Below the pieces are notes generated by a model, which saw only the letters and a list, made by a program, of their open reading frames with translations, did no database searches and was not told where the DNA came from. The translations under genes and the position numbers were made by a program. A DNA stretch of 48,026 bases. It comes from Bacteroidia bacterium. GTDB lineage: Bacteria > Bacteroidota > Bacteroidia > Palsa-965. Positions 10,772 through 19,305 of the stretch are shown in pieces (the stretch's first letter is position 1; every line of letters starts with the position of its first letter). The stretch is from NCBI GenBank assembly GCA_044448685.1, contig JBIOHC010000030.1, positions 1-48,026 of the forward strand, given 5' to 3'.

Positions 10772-12232
10772 ATGCTTCCTGCAAAGCTGAAGTATGTAGT
10801 AGCGGTTGCCTTTCTTCTCTTCTTCCCTTCTTCCCCTTTCCTTGCACAAAGTGATTCCATTTCCCGTACTTATTCCATAGTCGATTCCATTGTCATAACC
10901 GGAAACAAAATCACCAAGGCATCCATCATTCTGAGGGAGCTCGATTTCAAATCCGGGGATACGCTTTCAGAATCAGACTGGGGTGAAAAAGCAGAACAGG
11001 GAAGGAAAAATCTGCTTAATACTTCTCTGTTCAATTTTGTGGAGATTACATCTTCCTTCAACCCATCTGAAATTCTCACAAATCGGAATTCTCCTGTAGC
11101 GTATCAGCGTCTTTGCATTCATATCGCGCTGAAGGAACGCTGGTATACCTGGCCCATACCTATCTTCGAATTGTATGAGCGGAATTTCAATACATGGTAT
11201 CTGCACCCTACCCTTAATAAGCTGGATTATGGATTTTACCTGAACCGTTATAATTTTCTGGGACGTAAGCAGACACTAAGCTTCACTTTCCGGTTGGGGT
11301 ATCTGGAGCAATTCGGAATTACCTATACAATTCCTTATCTGAATAAAAGGAAAAAGAGCGGTCTGATGGCAAGCGTTGTTTATTCCAGATCCAAGGAAAT
11401 TCCGTATATCAACAAGGATAACCTCTTTATCTTTTACCGGGATGATGCCCATCCAGTAAGACAGGAGCAGGGTGCGCGTATAACGTATACCTATCGTCAT
11501 GGGTTTTACCAAACCTGGTTTGTTGAAGGGCGTTACACACGGGCGACCGTACAGGATACCTTGAAGTATCTCAATGGTAACTATTTTCTGGATCAGTCAG
11601 GGAATATGCAATACCTTACACTTACTGCCGGTTATATTGCGGATCATCGCGATTCAAAACCTTACCCGATAAAAGGGTACTACGTGAATGCAAGTCTGAA
11701 CCGGAACGGGCTTGGTCTCTTGCCAGGGGAGCAGGCAGATGTCTGGTCCCTGAATCTTATGCTGAGGAGATATATTCACCTTGGAGGGCGCTTTTATGCA
11801 GGTTCGGCTTTCAAGGGTCGCTATACCGGAAGGCAGCAGGTGCCTTTTTATCTGGAGAGCACACTTGGATACAGGGATTATATCCGGGGTTATGAGTATT
11901 ATGTCATGCAAGGCCAGAGTTTCGGAATGCTTAAAAATGTTGTTCGCTATCAGATTGTGAAACCCCATGTTCAGAAAATACCCTACCTTCCCTTGGAAAA
12001 ATTCAATACCTTTCATTATGCATTTTATGCTGATATCTTCGCCGATTTAGGCTATGTTCAGAATTTTTATGACAGGCCGGAAATGGGTAATACCTTTGAT
12101 AATTCGTGGTTGTACGGGTATGGAACGGGAATTGATTTTGTAACCTATTATGATTTTGTTCTGAGAGCAGAATTTGCATTGAACCAACGTGGAGAATATG
12201 GTTTTTTTCTCCACCTGAACTCACCACTTTAA
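10772..12232 (+). CDS. Omp85 (BamA/TamA)-family outer-membrane protein with a single POTRA-like domain
   Basis: Signal peptide and a POTRA-like 'IVITGNKITKASIILRELDFKSGDTL'. C-terminal Omp85-like motifs are 'FADLGYVQNF' and 'GYGTGIDFVTYYDFVLRAEFALNQ'. Confidence 0.55.
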   Translation: MLPAKLKYVVAVAFLLFFPSSPFLAQSDSISRTYSIVDSIVITGNKITKASIILRELDFKSGDTLSESDWGEKAEQGRKNLLNTSLFNFVEITSSFNPSEILTNRNSPVAYQRLCIHIALKERWYTWPIPIFELYERNFNTWYLHPTLNKLDYGFYLNRYNFLGRKQTLSFTFRLGYLEQFGITYTIPYLNKRKKSGLMASVVYSRSKEIPYINKDNLFIFYRDDAHPVRQEQGARITYTYRHGFYQTWFVEGRYTRATVQDTLKYLNGNYFLDQSGNMQYLTLTAGYIADHRDSKPYPIKGYYVNASLNRNGLGLLPGEQADVWSLNLMLRRYIHLGGRFYAGSAFKGRYTGRQQVPFYLESTLGYRDYIRGYEYYVMQGQSFGMLKNVVRYQIVKPHVQKIPYLPLEKFNTFHYAFYADIFADLGYVQNFYDRPEMGNTFDNSWLYGYGTGIDFVTYYDFVLRAEFALNQRGEYGFFLHLNSPL

Positions 12233-12241
12233 CAAGAGGAA

Positions 12242-13120
12242 ATGAAAATTGCCATTTACGGCCGGACGGTTCCGGAGAACAGGACAAGCTGTGTCAGAGG
12301 ATTATTTGAAGAGCTTGGAAAACACAAACTGGAATTATATGTCCATACATCTTTGTATGAATATATCAGCAGTGAGATACCCTTTCCGCTGCATACAAAC
12401 CAGTTTTCAGGGTATGATGAAATCAGGGGTGCCGTCGATTTTATGATTTGTCTTGGAGGTGACGGTACAATGCTTGATGCACTCGGTATGATCCGGAATT
12501 CAGGAATTCCTGTATTGGGCATCAATACAGGCCGCATGGGTTTTCTGGCAGCAGTGGCAAGTCATGAGGTAAAAGCTGCCGTTGATGCTTTACTTACCAA
12601 ACAGTTTTCACTTGACAAGCGCAGCCTCCTTAAAGTATCAAGCCGGCATGATTTGTTCGGAGAGGTGAATTATGCTCTCAATGAATTGACTGTACTCAAA
12701 AAGGATTCATCTGCAATGATGACAATACACACCTATATCAACGGGGAGTTTCTGAATTCCTACTGGGCCGATGGGCTTATTGTTGCAACGCCTACCGGGT
12801 CAACAGCCTATTCACTAAGCTGCGGAGGCCCTTTAGTGGTGCCTGATTCCAAAAGTTTTATCATCACCCCTATTTCTCCGCACAATCTGAATGTGAGGCC
12901 CCTGATCATCTCAGATGACAATGTGGTCACTATCCGTGTTGAAGGAAGAAGCACGGAATACCTGGCTACACTCGATTCCCGGACAGCGGTCTTCCCTGTT
13001 TCAGAAGAACTCACCATCACCCGGGAAGATTTCCGTTTCAACCTCGTGAAACTGAAAAATGCCAATTTCTTCAATACTATCCGCAATAAACTTATGTGGG
13101 GTCTTGACAAAAGGAATTGA
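12242..13120 (+). CDS. nadK: NAD kinase
   Basis: 'GGDGTML' motif and 'NEL' region; 292 aa. Confidence 0.88.
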   Translation: MKIAIYGRTVPENRTSCVRGLFEELGKHKLELYVHTSLYEYISSEIPFPLHTNQFSGYDEIRGAVDFMICLGGDGTMLDALGMIRNSGIPVLGINTGRMGFLAAVASHEVKAAVDALLTKQFSLDKRSLLKVSSRHDLFGEVNYALNELTVLKKDSSAMMTIHTYINGEFLNSYWADGLIVATPTGSTAYSLSCGGPLVVPDSKSFIITPISPHNLNVRPLIISDDNVVTIRVEGRSTEYLATLDSRTAVFPVSEELTITREDFRFNLVKLKNANFFNTIRNKLMWGLDKRN

Positions 13121-13166
13121 CAGGTATCAAAAAATCATATTTACCCCACACAAGAGAAACCAAAGT

Positions 13167-14516
13167 ATGGAAAAGAAAGTTAGTATTATAGGAGCCGGCC
13201 TGGTTGGATCACTGCTGTCCATTTACCTTGCAAAAAGAGGTTATAAGGTTCATATTTATGAGCGCAGGCCGGATATGCGAAAGAAAAAAATTTCGGCTGG
13301 AAAATCAATTAACCTGGCTTTAAGCGACCGGGGCTGGAAGGGACTTCAGGGAGTGGGTATTGCGGATGAAATCCGTGAAATTGCCATTCCTATGTACGGG
13401 CGTTGTATTCATCCTGTAGCAGGCAATACCGTATTTCAGGCTTATGGCAAGAAGGAACAAGCCATTTATTCTGTAAGCAGAGGTGCTATCAATATGAAAC
13501 TGATGGACCTGGCTGAACGGCAGGAAGGAGTCCGTATTTCGTTTGATGAACGGTGTACCGGTCTGGAACAAAATTCCTTATCAGCCTTGTTTGAAAACAA
13601 CCTAACCGGTGAGAAGACAAAAGCGGAGTCTGACTTGTGCTTCGGTTCAGACGGAGCCTTTTCGGCAGCCCGCCTGAGTATGCAGCTTGGGTCGGACCGT
13701 TTTGAGTACAACCAGCATTATATTGAAGCGGGGTATAAAGAGCTGTTTATTCCTGCAGGTCCGGATGGATCATTTCAGCTGGAGAAAAATGCATTGCATA
13801 TCTGGCCCAGAGGAAGTTTTATGATGATTGCACTTCCAAATTTTGACGGAAGCTTTACTGTTACCATGTTTCTGCCTTTTGAAGGAGAGAAATCATTTGC
13901 AGCGCTTAAGACTCCGGAGCAGGTACAGCAGTTTTTTGAACAAGAGTTCCCCGATGTACTTGCATTAATGCCGGGATTGCAACATGATTTTTTTGAGAAC
14001 CCTACTGCTTCTCTGGTGACAGTAAAATGCTGGCCCTGGACATTCGGGAATAAACTTGCTTTGATAGGAGATGCTGCACATGCTATTGTGCCTTTTTATG
14101 GACAAGGGATGAATTGCGGTTTTGAAGATTGTGTGGTGCTGGATAACCTGATTGATAAACACAGGGAAAACTGGCCGGCTATTTTCGCAGAATACCAGGC
14201 TTTGCGAAAACCGGATGGGGATGCTATTGCAGACCTGGCTATTGCCAATTTTGTTGAAATGAGGGATAAGACCGCTGATGCCCGTTTCCTGCTTCAGAAG
14301 AAAATAGAAGCCCGGTTTTATGAAAAGCATCCTCAGCAATGGGTGCCATTATATACTATGGTCACATACAGTCCGGATATACGTTATTCTACTGCATTGA
14401 AAGAAGGCGGAAAGCAGGAAGCCATCATGCAAAAAATAATGGCTATGCCTGGAATAGAGCTCAAATGGGATAGTGAGGAAGTGGAACTGGAGATCCTTCG
14501 GTTGATCCAAAAATGA
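13167..14516 (+). CDS. kmo: Kynurenine 3-monooxygenase (FAD-dependent)
   Basis: Rossmann 'VSIIGAGLVGS' directly after the internal Met. 'GDAAHAIVPFYGQGMNCGFEDC' is KMO-typical. The ORF-track start at 13059 overlaps nadK and is probably not used. Confidence 0.78.
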   Translation: MEKKVSIIGAGLVGSLLSIYLAKRGYKVHIYERRPDMRKKKISAGKSINLALSDRGWKGLQGVGIADEIREIAIPMYGRCIHPVAGNTVFQAYGKKEQAIYSVSRGAINMKLMDLAERQEGVRISFDERCTGLEQNSLSALFENNLTGEKTKAESDLCFGSDGAFSAARLSMQLGSDRFEYNQHYIEAGYKELFIPAGPDGSFQLEKNALHIWPRGSFMMIALPNFDGSFTVTMFLPFEGEKSFAALKTPEQVQQFFEQEFPDVLALMPGLQHDFFENPTASLVTVKCWPWTFGNKLALIGDAAHAIVPFYGQGMNCGFEDCVVLDNLIDKHRENWPAIFAEYQALRKPDGDAIADLAIANFVEMRDKTADARFLLQKKIEARFYEKHPQQWVPLYTMVTYSPDIRYSTALKEGGKQEAIMQKIMAMPGIELKWDSEEVELEILRLIQK

Positions 14517-14809
14517 TTTACAGTAAGCCTTTATTAGAGATAGAAATTCTTTTTGTTAGCTTCCGGAAGAAGCTGATAAGTGGAGTTTATCGTCCTCACG
14601 CTTATATCAAGGAAGTAAAAAGGTATTGCAGTACAATCCGGCTGGATCAGTTCAAAAGGGATATTGCTTTCGGCGATCAGGTGGTTATGCCGGCCGTCAT
14701 AGAAGCTCCTGTTGGCTTTGGAAAACATTTGAAAACCGGAGTCCTGCTCACCATCAAAGACGGGCTGGATGTGGTTGGAAAGGCTATCGTGCTGGAAATC
14801 CATTCTTGA
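14513..14809 (+). CDS. Hypothetical small protein translationally coupled to kmo
   Basis: Its ATG overlaps the kmo TGA (ATGA). It fills the kmo-flotillin gap on the same strand. No recognisable motif; a competing antisense ORF occupies 14534..14866. Confidence 0.3.
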   Translation: MIYSKPLLEIEILFVSFRKKLISGVYRPHAYIKEVKRYCSTIRLDQFKRDIAFGDQVVMPAVIEAPVGFGKHLKTGVLLTIKDGLDVVGKAIVLEIHS

Positions 14810-14860
14810 GTCTTTTTCTGCCTCCTTTTTGTATAATTTAGCTGATCTAATCTTGTTCCT

Positions 14861-16792
14861 ATGCAAAACTTACTTCAATACTGGTGGGTGCTTATTCCTG
14901 TTGCCATACTTCTTTTTTATAAACTATTTTTCCGGTTCTTCGGTGTCGTTATCATACCGGAAGATAAGATAGGCCTGGTTACCAAAAAATTTGTTTTGTT
15001 CGGGGAAAAGAAATCCCTTCCCGACGGACATATAATTGCTGTGGAAGGGGAAGCGGGGTTTCAGGCTCAGACATTGGCTCCTGGAATTTATTTTTGGAAA
15101 TGGATCTGGCAATATGAAATCACCCTCCAGGCTTTAACGGTAGTGCCACAGGGCAAAATAGGATTGTTTGTAGCCAAAGACGGAAAAGAACTGGAAACAG
15201 GTTCTATCCTGGCCCGAAAGGTGGAATGTGAATCATTCCAGAATGCAGAGCAGTTTATGCACAATGGTGGCCGGAAGGGCCGTCAAAGTGCCTATATCAC
15301 GGCAGGTACCTATAGAATCAATACATTCTTGTTTGAAATTCTTTTCACAGATATGGTGAATATCAGTGAGAATATGGTTGGTATTGTGACAACGCTTGAT
15401 GGACAGCCAATATCCGAAGGTAATATTGCCGGTAAACAAATTGTCAATCAGGATAATTTTCAGAACGCGGATGCATTTCTGGCCGGGGGTGGTAACAAAG
15501 GCTTACAGCCGCAGGTAATACTGGCCGGTTCGTATTATCTAAACCCCTGGTTTGTGCAGGTTGAGCAGATTAAAATGATGGAGATTCCCATCGGGTATGT
15601 TGGTGTTGTTATTTCCTACATCGGAGAAGAGGGAAAAGATCTGAGCGGAGTAGAATTTAAACACGGCAATATTGTTTCAAAAGGACAGAAAGGCGTATGG
15701 GCCGAACCCCTGGGCCCGGGAAAATACCCAATCAATACTTTTATCATGCGGGTGGAACTTGTTCCAACGACCAATCTTGTGCTAAACTGGGCTTCTGCAA
15801 GAACGGAATCACATCAGCTGGATAAAAATCTTTCGACCATCACGGTGCGTTCCAGGGATGGTTTTCCGTTCAATCTGGACGTCTCACAGATTATTCACAT
15901 CCCAACTACAGAAGCTCCGAAAGTCATAGGTCGTTTTGGAAATATGCAAAATCTGGTAGGCCAGGTGTTGGAACCTACTATTGGAAACTATTTCCGGAAT
16001 TCGGCACAGGGATCGGATGTTATTGATTTTTTAAGTTCCCGTAAAGAGCGTCAGGATTCAGCCCGCACGCATATCAGTAAAGTGCTCGAACAATATAATG
16101 TATACGGGGTTGATACCCTTATCGGGGATATTGTGCCTCCGGAATCTTTAATGAAGACCCTGACAGACCGTAAACTGGCGGAAGAACAAAAAGAAACCTA
16201 CGAGACTCAGAAGAAAGCCCAGGAAACCAGACAAAGTCTGGAAAAGGAAACAGCTATTGCTGAAATACAAAAAGAAATTGTAAAGGCTGACCAAGGTGTG
16301 CTGATTTCCGAACGTATTGCTGATGCAGCCGTTAAAAAGTCTACCGGAGAGGCGTCCAGCATTAAAATTCAGGCCAATGCTGAAGCAGAACGACTTCAGG
16401 TTATTGCCCGTGGTGAAGCTGAGAAGGTAAAACTTCTGGCCAGTGCAGAAGCAGAAAGGGTGAAAATGATTGCCAATGCCGAAGCCGAAAGGATTTCAGT
16501 AACAGGAAATGCCGAAGCCGAAAAAATCCTGGCCATAGGCAAATCCTCTGCCGAATCCTATAAACTGGCTGTGGATGCAATGGGAGGGGATAATTTTACG
16601 CGGCTAAAAATTACTGAATCGATTGGGAAAGAACATATCAAAATAATTCCTGAGGTGTTGATTACCGGAGGGGAGGGAGGAGCCAATGGACCTATAAGCG
16701 GCTTGCTGGGAATGCAGCTGCTGGAACAGGTACTTCAAAAGGAAAAAAAGGAAAAGAAGGATACCCCGCCACCGCCAGCTGACAAAAAATAG
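14861..16792 (+). CDS. Flotillin-like SPFH/band-7 family protein
   Basis: N-terminal transmembrane helix and an SPFH region. Characteristic Ala/Glu repeats 'EAERLQVIARGEAEKVKLLASAEAERVKMIANAEAERIS'. Confidence 0.8.
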   Translation: MQNLLQYWWVLIPVAILLFYKLFFRFFGVVIIPEDKIGLVTKKFVLFGEKKSLPDGHIIAVEGEAGFQAQTLAPGIYFWKWIWQYEITLQALTVVPQGKIGLFVAKDGKELETGSILARKVECESFQNAEQFMHNGGRKGRQSAYITAGTYRINTFLFEILFTDMVNISENMVGIVTTLDGQPISEGNIAGKQIVNQDNFQNADAFLAGGGNKGLQPQVILAGSYYLNPWFVQVEQIKMMEIPIGYVGVVISYIGEEGKDLSGVEFKHGNIVSKGQKGVWAEPLGPGKYPINTFIMRVELVPTTNLVLNWASARTESHQLDKNLSTITVRSRDGFPFNLDVSQIIHIPTTEAPKVIGRFGNMQNLVGQVLEPTIGNYFRNSAQGSDVIDFLSSRKERQDSARTHISKVLEQYNVYGVDTLIGDIVPPESLMKTLTDRKLAEEQKETYETQKKAQETRQSLEKETAIAEIQKEIVKADQGVLISERIADAAVKKSTGEASSIKIQANAEAERLQVIARGEAEKVKLLASAEAERVKMIANAEAERISVTGNAEAEKILAIGKSSAESYKLAVDAMGGDNFTRLKITESIGKEHIKIIPEVLITGGEGGANGPISGLLGMQLLEQVLQKEKKEKKDTPPPPADKK

Positions 16793-16975
16793 GTGGCAGG
16801 AGGCAAAAGCCGGAGGAGAAGAAAAAATCCAGCCCGGCCTCATGAACCTGCCTAGTTAATTTTTGCCGGGTATTTTTATATTTTTACTATATTAGCGAAT
16901 TATCAGCATTTAATTAATATTGCTAGATAGGCCGATTTTTGATTTTGCCTTTTTCAGACAGCTTTTGATCACAGT

Positions 16976-17521
16976 ATGAAAGATAGGATCATCGTCAAAT
17001 TTGCCGAAACGGAGGAAGAATTTCGGCAGGTACATAAGCTTAATTATGAGACTTTTGTGGAAGAAATTCCGCAACACTCTGAAAACCAGACTAAAATACT
17101 GGTGGATAAGCTTCATGAAAAAAATAAATACATTGTAGCTCTTTTTCAGGACGAAGTAGTCGGAATGGTAGCTATAAATGACTTGAGACCATTTTCGCTG
17201 GATGCTAAAATTCCGGAGATAGAAAAGCACTTGCCTCCATTTGATAAGGCATTGGAAATCAGGCTACTTTCGGTAAAACCGACAAAAAGGGGAGGACGTG
17301 TTTTTTTTATGCTCGCCCAGAAAATAGTGGAGTGGGGGCATCAAATGAATTTTAATCTGGTTCTCATTTCAGGAACAACCAGACAAATTAAACTGTACGA
17401 AAAAATAGGGTTTACAGGGTTTTATAAATTGTTGGGCAAAGACGATGCGTTGTACCAACCGATGTATCTCGATGTGAACAAATTCATTGAAACTTATGGA
17501 GAAAAATTCCTGGCCGATTAA
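16976..17521 (+). CDS. GNAT-family N-acyltransferase
   Basis: 181 aa with a GNAT-like core ('VVGMVAINDL', 'KIGFTGF'). Confidence 0.6.
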   Translation: MKDRIIVKFAETEEEFRQVHKLNYETFVEEIPQHSENQTKILVDKLHEKNKYIVALFQDEVVGMVAINDLRPFSLDAKIPEIEKHLPPFDKALEIRLLSVKPTKRGGRVFFMLAQKIVEWGHQMNFNLVLISGTTRQIKLYEKIGFTGFYKLLGKDDALYQPMYLDVNKFIETYGEKFLAD

Positions 17522-18572
17522 TCTTACTACCGGCCCTATATTCATTCCGGATGATGTCAAAGCGGTTTTCGGGCGTACCCCCGTTTCTCACCGCTCTGAT
17601 GATTTTGTAGAAGCTTTCAAAACGCTTCAGCAAAAGGTTTGCCTGGCTACAGGTGCCCGTCATGTCGTATTTATGACCGGATCCGGATCTCTGGCCAATG
17701 AAGCAATGATTGCTCAGATTAAACGGACCAGCCAAAAGGGTCTGATCCTTTCCAATGGTGAATTCGGCAACAGGCTGATAAACCAATGCCAGAAACAACA
17801 GGTCAGTTTTGATGTTTACCGCAAAGAATGGGGAGAAGAATACCTGCTTGCAGAGATAGAAACAGTACTGAAGGCAGGAGGGATTTCCTGGATGCTGTTT
17901 ACCCACTGTGAATCTTCAACAGGTTGTATTGCCGATCTCAAAGGGCTTATTGAACTGGGCCGTAAATACAAGGTGAAAATCTGTCTGGATGCTATGAGTA
18001 CCATAGGAAATATCCCGCTTCATCTGGATGGCATTTTTCTTGCTACATGTTCCAGCGGTAAAGGTCTGGCTTCTTTTGCAGGCATTGCCATTGTGTTTAC
18101 AAGTGAAGAAATAGAACCGGATCCTTTTATCCCGACCTATATAGATCTGGGCCATTATTTCAAGAACAATGGTATTCCATTTACAATTTCCTCTAATCTT
18201 ATAATGGCCTTAAACAGGGCGGTGGATTATTCCCTGCGCCCCGGGCAGACTGAAAATGTCGAAGCGCTTTCCAAAATGCTGCTTGAGGCTATCACCCGTA
18301 TGCCGGGGATTTCGGTGGTAAACAAGAATTTCCGTTTACCAACCCATATCACCACCATTGTTCCGCATGACGGTATCAGCTCTGTCGAGCTCGGTGATGA
18401 AATAAAAACACAGGGTGTAGAGACCAGCTATAACAGCGGGTATCTGAAAGTGAGAAACCAGCTTCAAATTGCCATCATGGGTCAGCATACCCAAACGGAT
18501 ATCAAGGCATTTCTGGATGCTCTCGAAGCATCCATGAAAAAATTGGCAGCAAGGAAAAAAGCCACTGTCTAG
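17487..18572 (+). CDS. Class V aminotransferase (alanine-glyoxylate/serine-pyruvate type)
   Basis: N-terminal 'LTTGPIFIPDDV' and the overall class V fold-type pattern. It overlaps the GNAT gene by about 35 nt. Confidence 0.7.
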   Translation: MKLMEKNSWPINLTTGPIFIPDDVKAVFGRTPVSHRSDDFVEAFKTLQQKVCLATGARHVVFMTGSGSLANEAMIAQIKRTSQKGLILSNGEFGNRLINQCQKQQVSFDVYRKEWGEEYLLAEIETVLKAGGISWMLFTHCESSTGCIADLKGLIELGRKYKVKICLDAMSTIGNIPLHLDGIFLATCSSGKGLASFAGIAIVFTSEEIEPDPFIPTYIDLGHYFKNNGIPFTISSNLIMALNRAVDYSLRPGQTENVEALSKMLLEAITRMPGISVVNKNFRLPTHITTIVPHDGISSVELGDEIKTQGVETSYNSGYLKVRNQLQIAIMGQHTQTDIKAFLDALEASMKKLAARKKATV

Positions 18573-18575
18573 TTT

Positions 18576-19214
18576 CTATTTTAAGAAAGGATTGTGTTTC
18601 TTCTCATAGCCAATCGTAGTCGGTGATCCATGGCCCGGATATACCGTATAGGCATCGGGTAATACAAACAGCTTTTCACGAATGCTTTGCAATAAGGTAG
18701 CATGATCTCCGCCTGGCAGATCTGTTCGGCCTATGCTTTCCCTGAATAAAACATCGCCTCCGATAACGAACTGCTGGGCATGGCAAATAAAACAAATACT
18801 GCCCGGAGAATGCCCGGGGGTAAAGACAATGTCAAATACTGAATTTCCGAGTGAAATCCTGTCCCCTTCGCTGAGGAAAACTCCGGGCTGGGGTGAGGCC
18901 TCTGCACGCAGGTTGTAAAGGCGGGCTACCTGTAAGAGAGAATCCAGAACCACCAGATCTTTTTGGTGTATTTCCGGCCGTAAGTTATAGGTATCGCAAA
19001 CATATTTATTTCCAAAAACATGATCCACATGCCCATGTGTATTCAGCAGATGTTCAGGATGTAATTCCTGAGCCTGAATATAGTCTGATAATTTTTTCCG
19101 CTCAGCTTCATCATAGCATCCGGGATCAATTATCACGCAGGCTTTTGACTCTTCCTGGATAACATATGTATTTTCCTGGAATGGGCTGAAACAGAATGTT
19201 TTGACCTGGAGCAT
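18576..19214 (-). CDS. MBL-fold metallo-hydrolase (glyoxalase II-like)
   Basis: 'HGHVDHV' metal-binding motif; 212 aa. Confidence 0.8.
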   Translation of the reverse strand: MLQVKTFCFSPFQENTYVIQEESKACVIIDPGCYDEAERKKLSDYIQAQELHPEHLLNTHGHVDHVFGNKYVCDTYNLRPEIHQKDLVVLDSLLQVARLYNLRAEASPQPGVFLSEGDRISLGNSVFDIVFTPGHSPGSICFICHAQQFVIGGDVLFRESIGRTDLPGGDHATLLQSIREKLFVLPDAYTVYPGHGSPTTIGYEKKHNPFLK

Positions 19215-19305
19215 TGTTCGATTTTATTGGCATACAAAAATACCAAATAGTTCCTTTATTTCGTTTCCCAAATCAGGTAAACTATTGTAACTTAGCTCTC
19301 TATTA

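Noticed and set aside
16793-16975. Terminator or ncRNA after the flotillin gene
   Set aside because: There is only a weak gcccggc/gccgggt stem with a 29-nt loop and no clean T-run. That is not enough to call.
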